DNA from: Amoeboaphelidium protococcarum X5
Taxonomy: Eukaryota > Fungi > Aphelidiomycota
Reading direction: 5' to 3'
NCBI GenBank assembly: GCA_023515725.1
Contig: JALDTO010000266.1
Span: 2,188,217 to 2,252,216 of the forward strand
DNA: 64,000 nt
Of the stretch, positions 26,647 to 39,300 are shown piece by piece. How positions within the stretch are numbered: the stretch's first letter is position 1; the number at the start of each line of letters is the position of its first letter. The position numbers and the translations under genes were made by a program. The notes under the pieces are model-generated. The model made no database searches. It was not told the DNA's origin and worked only from the letters and a program-made list of their open reading frames with translations.

Positions 26647-28752
26647 ATGTAATAAGATGATAGACGATTTTTAAGTCTTATGCAATAGTTGCTGCTTCGA
26701 CCAAGGGTGCCTGGAGTATATCAAGACTCGGTGGCATAGATGATTTTGGATAATTTTTAGAAGGATAGTTCTGTTAATGATAAGCTTATGACTATGCGCA
26801 TTTTGGTTAGATCTTTGGATATCGGTGGTATTAGCCACGAGACTGCTCTACTCAGCATCAATAGTCTGTAGAATCTACTCACTGACGGCAATGCTCTGTT
26901 AAGATTGCATGCACTTAAAACTCTAACTCAACTTGCCATACATATACCAGAGCTATGTCCAATCGCTGTTTTATGCATCAGATAAAAGTGTATCGTGGAC
27001 TAGCGCGCATCTATTCGATAATTATGTGGCGAGTCTTTATTGGCACTATACTCTTAGAAGAGTGAGACTGATTCTATCAGTGAATAAGAGATCTTGGATA
27101 TTATTAAACTTCTATTGAAGGATAGAAATCTGAATGTGTTTGCGTAAGGCCTTAGATGCTTTATGGAAGTGTGTCCTTATTAATTTGATTTGGTTCATGG
27201 GTATTATTATCGGTGCTGTATTTAAATTATAGACATGTAACCTTGGGACTAGATATCTACTCTGAACTTTCTCTTACATTACTGCAGAAATACGATGGAA
27301 CTTTATAAAAGCTCCATCGACATCAAGTAAAGTTCTGATTAAATCCATACCGCGTAAGGTGAAAGCAGATCTCAAGCTGTGATTGAGTCTATAGACGACA
27401 TGATGCAAGAGTAAACAGTTTAGTCTTAAATGAAGCTGATAATGAATTCTGCAGGGCTATTACTTCACTCTAAGAATAAAGCTGTATGTCTTAAATCAAT
27501 GGAGTTAATTTACAATTGTAGTGATATGCACTAGTTACTATTACCACACATACTCTCCTTGTTATAGAATTAAAAGTCAAACTACCAGTCTCTTGCTGCT
27601 TCTCTCCTATACGATATGGTTATGAATCAGTCGATTTTTCTGACTCTGGAGTAGTTACGATCATTGCTATACGAGTACGTGCTGAATAGAATGTAGCCAA
27701 GAGTATAAAGTATTATCGTGCAAGTGATTAAACATTGTGGTAATAAGGATCTCATTGAGCAGATACTGCGCCAAGATTGTGTGCCCATTCTCAAGTTGTT
27801 GCATCCTTTGCATACTATGAAAGTGTTGGATATGATCCGCGCTATAATTGATTGTAGCCAATAGTTTTGCAATTAATTATTACTGAGTGTCATCGATATA
27901 GCGCGTAATGTCTTTATACGCGAGCGTTCCATCATGATTGTACTTGAAAACTTTGACTCTATAGCATCAGAACGTCGTGAAGAGATATGTCAACGATTGC
28001 TTATAGCATCTATTGAGAGTGAGAGCTAGAATGAATCTCTATTATCTTCTGTCCTCAATGTATGCACTTTGCATTTGGTGAATGCGTAAGTGTGCGCTCT
28101 ATACTGTGAACTGCTGCTCTTATAATGGTAGAAATGGAATTTGACATTGAAATAATAGCTCATTATCTCTATATCTGCTCTATTAGACGGCGATAATAGT
28201 AATTTTAATGTTAGTCTGTTATTAAGATTGATTAAGCTGATTAACAACGAAAGCAGTCACCATAAGCCTTTATTGATTAAATAACTATAAGCTTTATAAA
28301 AATTTCCTAAGCTTGGCGCAACATAGTGCTTGTACATAGTGTAATAACCAGAATTAGTTATGTAGGAGGTGGTGGGCTATAAGTTTGAGTATTTGATATT
28401 TAGTGATTCCAAGTTCAAGATAGCTTCTCTCAAGATAGATCCATGGACTTAATCTCCCGTCGATCCATCTGTACGTCGTGCGTCTCAAGATTTTGTACGC
28501 AATTTGATTATAAATCCTCCATCCGCGCCGAATAGTCGGTAAGCATCGCCAGTTTTAATGCGTGCAGACTAGCCGTAGAATAGCGATATTTATCAAGATC
28601 TCGAAGACTTTCTTGCGGATTCTAATAATCCTGGCTAGCAAGCAGTCGATATTGAAGATTAAGAAGAAATGGAGAGATTATCAGATGGTGACGATGGAGA
28701 AGAATATGATGATGGAGATCTACAAGATGAAAGAGAATAACTCATCGTGTGA
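26647..28752 (+). CDS. APL6: Divergent AP-3 complex beta subunit (adaptin N-terminal region)
   Basis: ALLSINSLQNLLTDGNALLRLHALKTL...IAVLCIRQKCIVD, and DPWTQSPVDPSVRR followed by an acidic tail. Start codon uncertain. Confidence 0.7.
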
Positions 28753-28780
28753 TAGCTAGCATATTTATTCATAGATAAAA

Positions 28781-31405
28781 TCACTACAATATATATGTTT
28801 CGAAATCTTGAAGCAACTGCTTAGTCTCAGTCTTGAAATCTTTATCTAGCGTTGTAGTACTTAGCCAATCCTAGATCTGAGCAACCAATGCCTCCTTATG
28901 CTTAACATAAAACTCAACCACCAGATCCACCATGGAGGAACCAACTAGACTGCTGATCCATGCTCTTCCAACGACAGATTCAAACTCCTTGGTCTACTTG
29001 AATTCCAAATCAGTGTATCCAAACAAAAGATACCTGATGTGATGAAACTTGACGCACATCAAACGATCCTTCATCTAGTCCACCTTGATGGGCTCCTTTC
29101 TCCGCCCTAAAATGGATGTCTTTCCAGATATTTGCATCTAAGACACGGTATTCAAGTTATCCTCAGTAGCATCCAGCTAAGCACTGAGAGAGTTGAGCAA
29201 CTTGGCAATATTCACAACATCTAGATTCAGTGCCTACGATCCATTCTCACTAAGCGCATCATCAAGTTTAAAGCAGTCCACCATACCATCAGGAGACAAA
29301 CATGGATGCATTCCAAACTTATCCTGAATAAGCAGGAGGTTAGTGAACCACTAATGATACTTCATGATCACATAAGCTTCCGGATAATACTCAGGAACAT
29401 AGCCATCGACCAGCAGGCACAGTCCAAAAAATATGCTACACTCCTCGGAATCCATCAAGAACAAGGCTCTGAACAATTCCCCTCTGCATTAGTAGATCTG
29501 CACGTAGACATTCTCAAAAAGACCGCCATCCATCTTCATCAAGTAATACTCCTCTGCCAGCCGCTTTAAAAATTACGACTTTGATGTCGCGATTGGCTCA
29601 GCAAGACACAAGTGATTATCAGGCAGGGGCGCATCAAGCAGAAGAAAGTGATCCTTCGGACCATGTACGACCCGTTCAGCGCTTTTGATCTCTGCAACAT
29701 ACTTTACACACAACGCCTCAAGAACATAACTGGGAGGAGCGCATTAGACAAGAGCATGTAAAGATGGTACACCATTTAAAATGAACGGCCTCGATGCCAT
29801 TATAGGCGTCACGAGCAATTATGTCCACATATTCACTTATCCTTCAACCATATTCAGAATGTACTTCAATTCGTAGCTATCACACCAACTCTCAGTCGAC
29901 TCGAGACGATCAGCTGAAGAAGAGGATATCCAATGCACCAGAAGTTCACCTTTGACATTGCGATCCAATACAAAGCCAATCTGACGCTTCACATTTTCCT
30001 CTGGATCTCGATTCACTACTAAAGTACCGATAAGATCATCAGTCAGTTAAATACGCGCCACTTTGTCATATGGGCAACTGATAATAGTTCCATCGCCAGC
30101 TTTCACAGTGACACTGGAAGTACTTTCATCAATAGACAGTAATTTCGTAACATTCCCATGACAGAGTACAAGATCACCTATCCACAAATTATCGTCGTCA
30201 TCCATCTTCGACATTGGGATGAGAGACGTGGCTGGTAGAGCCGATCCCACAGAACCATCACGAAACTTGACATCAACAATTGTGCGCGTGCGTGTTATAA
30301 CAGATGCCACCTCCTACTTCACGTGTGGATACTTGAAAAGCACGACGTCGCCACGCTCATACTCTTCATGCATGTTGTACTTCAAGCGCTACACCTTTGA
30401 CAAGTCAGTAACCATCTTGATCGAATTCTCACCATCCAGCTTGCGTCTAGTATCATCCACGCTCTTGTATGGCAGACAGGCAATGACACTCAGCTTAACT
30501 TTGACCATATTGGCATTCAGAACTGTGGCTGTGACTCGTTTGTTATTCACCAAGATGGACACCAACATCGATGGATACAATCTATACCCGATATCAGCCA
30601 TATCCCAATCTTCATATTCATCCTCTGGCTCTGGACATAAACCTAAGCCATTGACCAGACGCGGCTAATAATTCATCAAATCCATATTGTCCATTGGCAT
30701 CATATTCATCAGTCCGCCAGCACCACGGCTAGATCTATCCCACAGCTCCAACTTGAATAAGCCGCCACCACGACTCTTGGTACCTCTATTCTTATTACCT
30801 CCGCGAGTACTTCTACTACCAGAAGTCTAATCACTGGCAACTTTGAGTGTATAACAATAGCAGATGTCGCACACAGTGGCCACCTGATTCTTATACAAAA
30901 CCAGGTCATTTTTGCTCACAGGGAAGAATGGCTTCACTTCATCACAGCTCACCTCATCCATTGCGAATATGGTACGCGTGTTAGACTGCTGACTAATGAG
31001 CGGAGTAACACTGAGTTTCTTCGACACTTTACTCACTAGACCACGTCTACCAGACGATTGTTAGATAACAGCGTCGCCAGTAAGGAATGTGCGGTCCACA
31101 AGCTCTAGATCATCTACAGGACACTCTCGAATGTCAATAGAATTCTTGCAGCTATGCTCAGTCACAGCCTTGAATTCGGCCATATTCATTTACTCAATAT
31201 TTTGCCATTTAACACGCACTAGGCCGGGACAGACAAAGTCGGACCTGTCATCCTAATCAGAATCACTGGTGTGACCGTTAGAAGCAACATCACGCCACTG
31301 TTCATCATCATCACCTTCACTGTCACTATTCTCATACTCGGTCCTAATGATTACACCCTTTACAGCCTTGTTTTACTTTGACTACACTAAATCTTATCTT
31401 CTCAT
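28781..31405 (-). CDS. UBE2O: UBE2O-like E2/E3 hybrid ubiquitin-conjugating enzyme with a divergent UBC domain
   Basis: N-terminal VRVKWQ...LELVDRTFLTGDAV and LWIGDLV segments; C-terminal UBC-like FLKRLAEEY...GYVPEYYP...MHPCLSPDGMVDC. Confidence 0.75.
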
Positions 31406-31999
31406 CTCTTAATGTATTGAATATTGCGAATAGGACACGATAGTTCAAAGAGAAGTACGAAGCTTTCAGTCTGTCTAAAAGAAGAATGAAAATCATAAAT
31501 CAGTCACGCCTTCGCGGCGCTTCGCTGTTTCACTTGACGCGTCCACTGAAGTCTTATTGAATCGCTTGAAGCGTCATCTCTATCTACTCTTTAGTACCAA
31601 GTGTTTCAAACAAATGTTTTTAATTGATTTTGCATTTCAGTGTTTAGTTTGAATTTGAGCAAAATGGTATTGCACTTGGAAGCTCATTTGATACGATAAT
31701 TCGTGACTAAACTGATTTATACAATGAGGGAAATCGACAATCATTGGTAATAAAGTCATGTTCAATTTCAGGACTATTTAAATAACACGTACACAGCAGC
31801 AGGTTGAAGAATCTCTATCATAGATACACACATATTGGAGCGAGACGAATGTGTCCGATCTCGAGAACTTCACGGAGGATGTCACACGTCATTGAATGCG
31901 TCTGATGTGATTTAAAGCAGTTTGAAGGAGGGAGAAGTATAAAATGCAACAACTATATTTTAATTAAACAGAATGCAATTAACTATTGTGAGATAGTAT

Positions 32000-32897
32000 C
32001 AGACAATCACTTCCAGTGCTTGGAAATCAAAGCCATGGTAAAAGGGACCAGAGCTTAGAAGCGATCCGGTAAATACTTGATACTGTTAAACATGTCATCC
32101 TTTGACATGGTTGGATGAGCCACCATATTGCGATGGGTTTTCAAATTGCGCAAATTTGGAGCAATGGATGTGTCGGCAGAGTACTTTATCACAAATTCTT
32201 GATAACACTCCAAGAATTCCTTCTCGTCAGCATCAGGCTCCTATTCAACTTGCAGCTTGTCAATTGAGCCTAACAATTGCGCTGGATACTTAAGCTACTT
32301 GTATTATTAGCGCCAGAACACGCTCTTGTGAAATATTTCCATCACCGCATTTTAACCACACATAGTCACCGCATCTCTAACAGCCAATATCGCATGCTAA
32401 CCTCGTAAAAACGAGTTACTGTCTTCCAACTCTGAGCTACGCTTCTCCAATTCTGCAATCTTCTCATCTCTCGGACGCAATCTTAAATCCATCTCCTGGA
32501 GTAAATTGGTAATATTTAGCACTGCTTGTGGAGAACATAACCAATGTCGGATACAATAGAATGCTAATGAATGGATGGACATGATGCCTTACAATATCGC
32601 AGCACTTAGAGAGGAGACCAACGGCCGCAAAACTACAGTAATTCCATACACACTTAATCACTACGCAGTACTGCGCTTACGACAGACTGGAGATGCGACA
32701 CATTAGACACCACAGAATTTTATGCTCCGCATATATCAGCTGTGTCATGCCACATATATATCCTTCATATCATAGGAGCAATAGATAGATATTCAATATC
32801 TCTTGCATACGTTTGAAGTAATGCATACTGGACAAGTAGTAAGGTCTTGCAACAACACACGCACACCCTTTAACCAGAAAGATTGAATGCAAAACAT
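32000..32897 (-). other. Possible multi-intron small gene or remnant with a CxxC motif and coiled coil
   Basis: Minus-strand segments LQDLTTCPVCITSN and EMDLRLRPRDEKIAELEKRSSELEDSNSFLR, separated by GTATGC/GTAAGC/GTAAGG...AG intron-like sites. Gene model not resolved. Confidence 0.25.
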
Positions 32898-33551
32898 TCA
32901 CAACAGATTCGATTAGCAATAGCAATAGCAGCAACAATCAGATGGACTATACAACACTATACTTGCTAAAATTTGATTTAATGCAGTGGGTAAGACTTTC
33001 AAAATCCAATGGCAGAAAGAAAGAAGGGAAAGTGGACTAATGTTTGCAAACGGAACAAAACGACATAGATTACGATGTCCCAATATGAGGCGTTCTGGAG
33101 TTACCAAGACAAAGCCAATGTAAAGCCACTTCAAAATTGATAGGATCAACCGGCAACAACGCACATTGCTACGACTAGTCAATGTATTGGCGCTGAATCA
33201 TCGGGTCAGCGCCTTAACTTTAATTGAACAAAGACACGCGAGAGATTACACAATCATGGTGCGTAATATATTCAGAGTCATCAGAAAGAGTCCATAGTTA
33301 GTGCCTTGGTAGATCATTCGAAAAACAGATGGATATGGTCAGTAACCTGATAAGTTGGGTCGAGTCTACGCAATCACATCCTATTTGTTTCAACGCAAGC
33401 GCGCATTGCCGTTTGATTTTAGTCGATTTAACTCATACGTAGAAATTGATCCCTCCAATCTTCTTGTGCGATATAGCATGTATTTGACGCGTCAAGAAAT
33501 ATATTATTCACTCATTTGATGTCTTTTGATCTCCAAGTTTCTCCAAAATTG

Positions 33552-33797
33552 ATGTTCCTTTAGATTTACCGCCATTTATCAGATGATCGGTCTTTAGTTT
33601 ATGCTGCATTGAAAGCGGCGCATCTGGAGGTGGGGCTCTGGTACTAATGGCTAATGGCCACACGAGACGAGGTTGTAGATGGGTTTGACATTAAAGAACT
33701 CGATATATCTCAATACACTGTAGCAGAAGGTTGGAAGAGAACGCTGATTCGAGAGCGGAGGAGTCTGCTGAGGAAGATCAATGATTAATTTCAGTGA
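33552..33797 (+). CDS. Small hypothetical protein (81 aa)
   Basis: ATG-to-TGA frame with TAR=Gln (MFLQIYRHLSDDRSLVYAALKAAHLEVGLWYQWLM...), preceded by TGACGCGTCA at about 33485. Confidence 0.4.
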
Positions 33798-35894
33798 TGG
33801 AAACGAAGAATAAGTGTTCAATTACTTTATAGCTTGTTTATGACTTTGCGGAGCAAGTAATGGATATTCAATCCATCCATGTCATCTATATGAGTGCCCA
33901 GCACTGTGTACCAGAGTGTGCGGTCTGGCTTCCTAAATATGAATATTGAAAAGTGAAGGTTGGCCTACAAGATTACATTTCAAACCAACAGGAATGACAA
34001 TGTTTGGGAATAGAAAGTTACAGATATACCAATGATATCAGCGATAATCCAGTAACAAGTCCTCACTGATGAGCAGTTTGATATTGTGCACTCTCCACTA
34101 CTTTGGCGGCCGCATTGTTCGATAACAGCCCTCGGTCCAGAACGGGCTCGTTTCAGCGACGGAGCGCGCGCGCTTCCTAAATCCGGACAACCACTCACTC
34201 AAGTATAATAATTAATATAACTCACAAAACAGGAGTACATATAATATTAGTACCAATCGATAGATCGTTTTCTGAAACGGCAGATGAGCTTATTACCAAA
34301 GAAATTGATCAAGAATTGACCCGGTTGCCATTTGGTGGTGCCCGTTTCACTCAAGCCACGTTTCAGATCTGAAACAAAGTGTGGGGGAAGAATCAAACAT
34401 TCCCACTGTCCCATATCACACTCTCTTCTTCTCTTATGATAACAATCGATTATCACACTCTTGTGTTCGCTATGCGTTTATCTCATCCGATATGCTAGTA
34501 TAGTGTCCTAGCTACTTGATTGAGTGATGGTTCTGGTGCTTGCTAGCAATCCGCTCAGTTTGGCTGTCTGTCCCCTCTCTCTGCACCTGAAACAATCCGT
34601 CTCCTGCTCGCTCGTTCCAGCTCTATGATGATGGTCTCTGGACAATCCTCCGGATCCTTACTGGTGAAGAATGCTGCTCCTCTACTGTGGTCCATGATGT
34701 CGAGCTGGTTTTTAATCGCTGTCCTCTTTGCTGGTCCCTCCCTCAGTCACAAGATACTGTCAAGGCTCCTCTCTCTGTCTTTCCATCTGTGGCTGACCTC
34801 TCAAAGCTACTCTCATGGTCATTGTCATTAATCCGGTATGTATAAATTTAACAGATTTAGCTCGTTTTATTTATTTTATGTAGTTCTATGTGTGTAGGTT
34901 CATTCTACTTTGACTTATCAAGAATGCTTCGATGACAAGGTTCTGGCTGTGTCTCCAATTCATAATTGGTTGTAGCTGTTTTACTATACAAAAGCAATAG
35001 AAGAGGCTGGCTCCATGGGTTTTGCGCTCTTCTTTATTAGTGATATCGCAACATGACTTTGGTGTCGACTGTGTTTGCTTTGCTCTCACAAGGCTTTGGG
35101 TGTCTGTGAAGTTGTAATTGTTGTTGTTTGCTTTTCTTTAACAAGGTTCATGCTATATGCAGTACCAACTTGGTGAGTCCTGAACTATGGTCTCATTTGA
35201 TGCTCGTAATCGTCAGAGAACTACTGCCCTTTTGTGAATGGTCATTGACTTAAAACTGCTGACTGGTCATTGAGCCGCAGTACTATAATTGCTTGTAGAG
35301 TCAATTGATATCGTCTTCTGGTTTGCTGCTGGTTGATAAAGCTTAATGGAAAATGCCTCTCTGGCTCATTGTTCACAAGCTGAAAAGGCTGCTCTTTTAC
35401 TAAGGATAATCAGACTTTGCTTGGTGTGTATGCTGACCATACACCCCTTCTTATTGAACATGGAACTCTATGCAATAACTCAAGTTATGCTGGTTATTTA
35501 ATCCCTGTTGTTAACACCGATTTGGAGAAAAAAGTCTCATATCGTTTATCTCTCTGACTGACTCTTACTCTACACTAGATAGAATAGAATCTCTCTCTGC
35601 GTGTTAGTCGCCTGAAGATTTGTAATTGTCATTATTGTCTTGTATGACGTCTGTGTTGTAATGAAAAAACTACATCTGCTGCCTCTCATGAGTGCGGATT
35701 GTGCTGGCGATAAGCATTGAACTGTCTAATGCCCAACTGTAATACTGGAGTTAAAGTATCCTAAAATATTGCTAGAATCCTTAAAAGAACGTGGTGTTTC
35801 ACCTATATATTAACTTAATAAGAATTGATGTCGTCATATCTAAAGCACCCATCCTTACACTAATGGATGAGGTGATTATAAAAAAAGCAACACA

Positions 35895-36515
35895 GAGTCC
35901 TCTGCTCTGTGCAAATGAGTAAATTAAATGAAAAGATATCATTACAGTCCTGATTGAACCTCTACTACCTTGTCAATGATCTCACTTCTGGGAGTCTCGT
36001 CCGCTGGTCAAGAAGCTGGTCGGAGGAGCTTGTGCTGGTCTGTAGTGCTGGCTTGTGCTTTGGAAGCACCAGAGGTTGTGTTTCCATGCTATCAGACCAT
36101 CAGCTTCTAAGTTTGTGAGTATTTAGTTGGCGTTATGAGGATTGAGGTTGCAAAGTCCAGGATATTAGCCGAAAATATGGCTTTAAAGTATAGAACGCTC
36201 TCGGTAGCATGGCGTCTAATTGTTGGCGCTTCAAAAAAGAACTTGGCCAGCCTCGCCGCTGTTAGTTGGCTGCGATTGGCTCTCTATAATAATGCCCTCA
36301 TTTTTGTTGGGCTGTTCTTATTAGATCTCAGCAAGGAGTCCTCTGCTCTTTGCTTCTAGAAATTGATTGTTCTCTGCTTGTTTGCTGCCTCTTCGCCTAG
36401 TCAAAGTCGTATCTCTGGCGGTCTCTTTCCTCTCGGTCTCTGGCTGGATGAAGGAGCTTGTGCTGGTCCATTAGTGCTGGCTTGTGTCACGACGACACCA
36501 GAGGTTGTGTTGTCG
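35895..36515. repeat. Degenerate direct duplication, offset about 430-440 bp
   Basis: GAGTCCTCTGCTCT at 35895 and 36336; GGAGCTTGTGCTGGTC..TAGTGCTGGCTTGTG...CACCAGAGGTTGTGTT at 36025 and 36453. Confidence 0.75.
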
Positions 36516-37444
36516 TTCTGTTGGACCTGCAGCTGGCCAGTGGGTATTGGTCTTTGGCGTCGTGGTATAGAAGGCTGCGAACAAGTCTGTCCAGTGTCAT
36601 CTTGGGCTGGACCTGGCCGTCTTTGGCCGTAAAGAAGGTGATTTGGTGACTGGGAGTGGGCCATGATGGCCCACATGGAGTTGGAAAAGAGGGGGTGGTG
36701 GTGTTGTTCTGGTATGGCCAGTAAAGAAAAGTCTGCCCAGCAAAGAGCTGGGTTCATAATCAAAATGCTATAACCGTCATAGGTTATAGCTGGTAAATTC
36801 TGGTGCGCGGGTCTCTGAGATAGCTAATTGCCATAAATAATAATAATAATAATAATAATAATTCATCTGCCAACTCTGCCTCGCCAACCGCTGGACTCTC
36901 TCTCTCTCTCTCACTCTTTGAATGTCCATAAGTAATCTTCGTCTGGTTGGCTTGGCCTGGTTGGTACTACAAATGCAATGGTAGCTAGTAACTGGTATGC
37001 CTGACCCGCGCACCGCCTTGGCATTGGCAGGAAAATGAAAAAAAAAATCAATCGTTGTTCCCATAATGCCAATGCCAAGTAAAATTATATTGGAGCTGGT
37101 GGAAGCTGACAAGACAATAAAATCTGTGGTGCTGCCTCATCTCATTGATCATCTGGACTTCAATCATGGTCCTAGGCTAAAAATCTGCACCTGTCTTTGT
37201 CTCCGCTTCCTCTCCGTAAGTCTCCCTCTCTGGACAATTGCAATACAAGGCATACTGTGTTGTGGTTGTCCTCTTTCTCTGTTCTATCCACTCTCTGTGC
37301 GCATCTTGGCCGGTCCTGCCTCTACACATATATATCTCTCTCTCTTGTTGGACTGGCTAGTTGCGTTGGATAGAATAGAGTCATCTCGTCTTGCGTCATT
37401 GCCGCTGGAGTCGCAGTGAAAATTCTTAGACTCCTCTGGCGGCT

Positions 37445-37761
37445 GCTTGTCATAGTTTGCAAATGGCGTCGTAGTCTGTCAATCAAGGCGCCATTTGCAA
37501 GAGTAGTTCCTCATCCCACTGCCATCGGGCCGTAGTTTATTGTCATAGGCTCGTTTGGCTTTACATCATCATCATTGTCCTCATCCGTTGCAGATGCGCC
37601 GTAGCTAGATCATAGGCGTAGTCTGCAAGAGTATATCCTCATCTCAATGCCACTGGTGCCGTAGTCCCCATTCATAGGCTCCTTTGGCTGCATCTCATCA
37701 TCATCATCCTCATCCTTTGCAGATGCGCCGTAGCTAGATCATAGGCGTAGTCTGCAAGAGT
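37445..37761. repeat. Tandem repeat with a 129-bp period (2 good copies and 1 degenerate copy)
   Basis: 45-nt identical block TTGCAGATGCGCCGTAGCTAGATCATAGGCGTAGTCTGCAAGAGT at 37588 and 37717, plus a degenerate copy ending TTTGCAAGAGT near 37500. Confidence 0.85.
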
Positions 37762-38394
37762 TTTCTGCGTCCTCCGTAGTCTCATGTCATTTGTATATAT
37801 AGTCATTTCATTGGAGGCGCAGCAGTCACATCTCATAGAATATAGAATATATAGAAGTCCCATTCGAAAGTTGCCGAGGCCCCCCGTATCTGCTCTGTAG
37901 TCAATAGTTAAGAGTTGATCGAGTCCTCTGGCAAGAGTTTCCCCCTACACTGGTAGTCTGAATTGCTTTGCTGCTGTGGTTCTCATCACATTCATGGATT
38001 GTCCCCTCTGGAGTTTTGTGTTATGATTTCTGAAGTTTTTAATGGTATGGTCAGTCTCCTTCTCGTCAACACATTTAACAAGAATTCCTCCTCCTTCACC
38101 TCCTCATCTCTATGGACAATTCTGAATCCATTGGCCGCATTTCATGGCTACTACTGTACTACAATATAAATCGAAAGTGCTGTTCAGTGCTAGAGCAATG
38201 AATAAAAAATCAATCAGTAAAATAATTACTACCAACACAGTGCTGTCTCTTGTTTTCACCTTTCATCTTCACTTTCAAGTCGCAGTTAATCGCGACTTCA
38301 TTCCAATCTAACCACAGTGAAGCGTTTCCGCGGCGATTTCGCGCTGGTTCCCTCTTTATCACTCTTTAATCAATGTTGCACATACTACCATTTT

Positions 38395-39300
38395 ATGAGC
38401 TAGAGTCACGTTAAAGGTGTTGCAGATAACGATGAAAAGAAAGCGAAAGTAGTAGAATGATGATAGTTGTAAGATCTCTCGCTCAAAGTACAATTAGTCT
38501 ATAGATAGTATCAAAGTCGGTATGAGTTTAACGTCATCGAATTGACTCTCGATGAAGCTAAGTAGAATGTGGACAACTTGTCCGCAACTACGGCGCGTGT
38601 TGATTAACTTGCGTACAGATTATCCTCATTGCTTCATTTTGTCAATTCTCGAGATATTTCATTCAAATCACTTTCAGTCTAGAGCGCATAGTCTAGATCA
38701 TAGTTCCTGTGAGGTTTACGCCATCAAACTTAGTATAGGTAAAGTTAAAGCAAATGAAGACAAGTTCGCCCTCAAACGCTGAAAGGTTGATCTTAATGAG
38801 GACAAACTCGTCCTCATCGCTGCTCCTTAAATGCGCAATCAATACGTATCGCTCAAACTACTTTCTGTCTGAGTGACGCAGCATTGAATGAGGGATGTCC
38901 GCTAACGGATCGCGTGCTGATCAACCCACTGACAGATTGTCCCCATCGCCGCATGTTGCGCGTTGTCGAGCTCTATTGTTCTAACTACTCTCAGTCTGTA
39001 GAAAATAGTCTACAACATTGGTTGAATGAGTTTTACGCCGTCTTACCGAGTTTTGGTGAGGTAAAGTTGAGTGAGGGTAGCATAGTCCTAAAACCGAGTG
39101 GCGCGATCAATATACGGAAGAGTTAGTGCTGATCAAGGCGCGCTGAATGAATAGTGTACAAGATTTATCGCTTAGACTACTCCCAGGCTAGGCGATAAAT
39201 GTAGTACATAGTCGGTTTAAGTTTTACACCATCAAACTATGTTCGAGTGAAGCTACATAGGATGAGTACAACTTGTCGGTAAGTGGCTATGTCAAATAGA
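38395..39300 (+). pseudogene. Broken coding-like region with four degenerate repeat units
   Basis: Related units at about 38525 (EFNVIELTLDEAKQNVDNL), 38711 (EVYAIKLSIGKVKANEDKF), 39028 (EFYAVLPSFGEVKLSEGSI) and 39219 (KFYTIKLCSSEATQDEYNL), interrupted by TGA codons or frameshifts. Confidence 0.35.

Noticed and set aside
37445-37761. CRISPR-like repeat-spacer array
   Set aside because: Eukaryotic context, only 2-3 units, the inter-repeat sequences are homologous to each other, and there are no cas genes.
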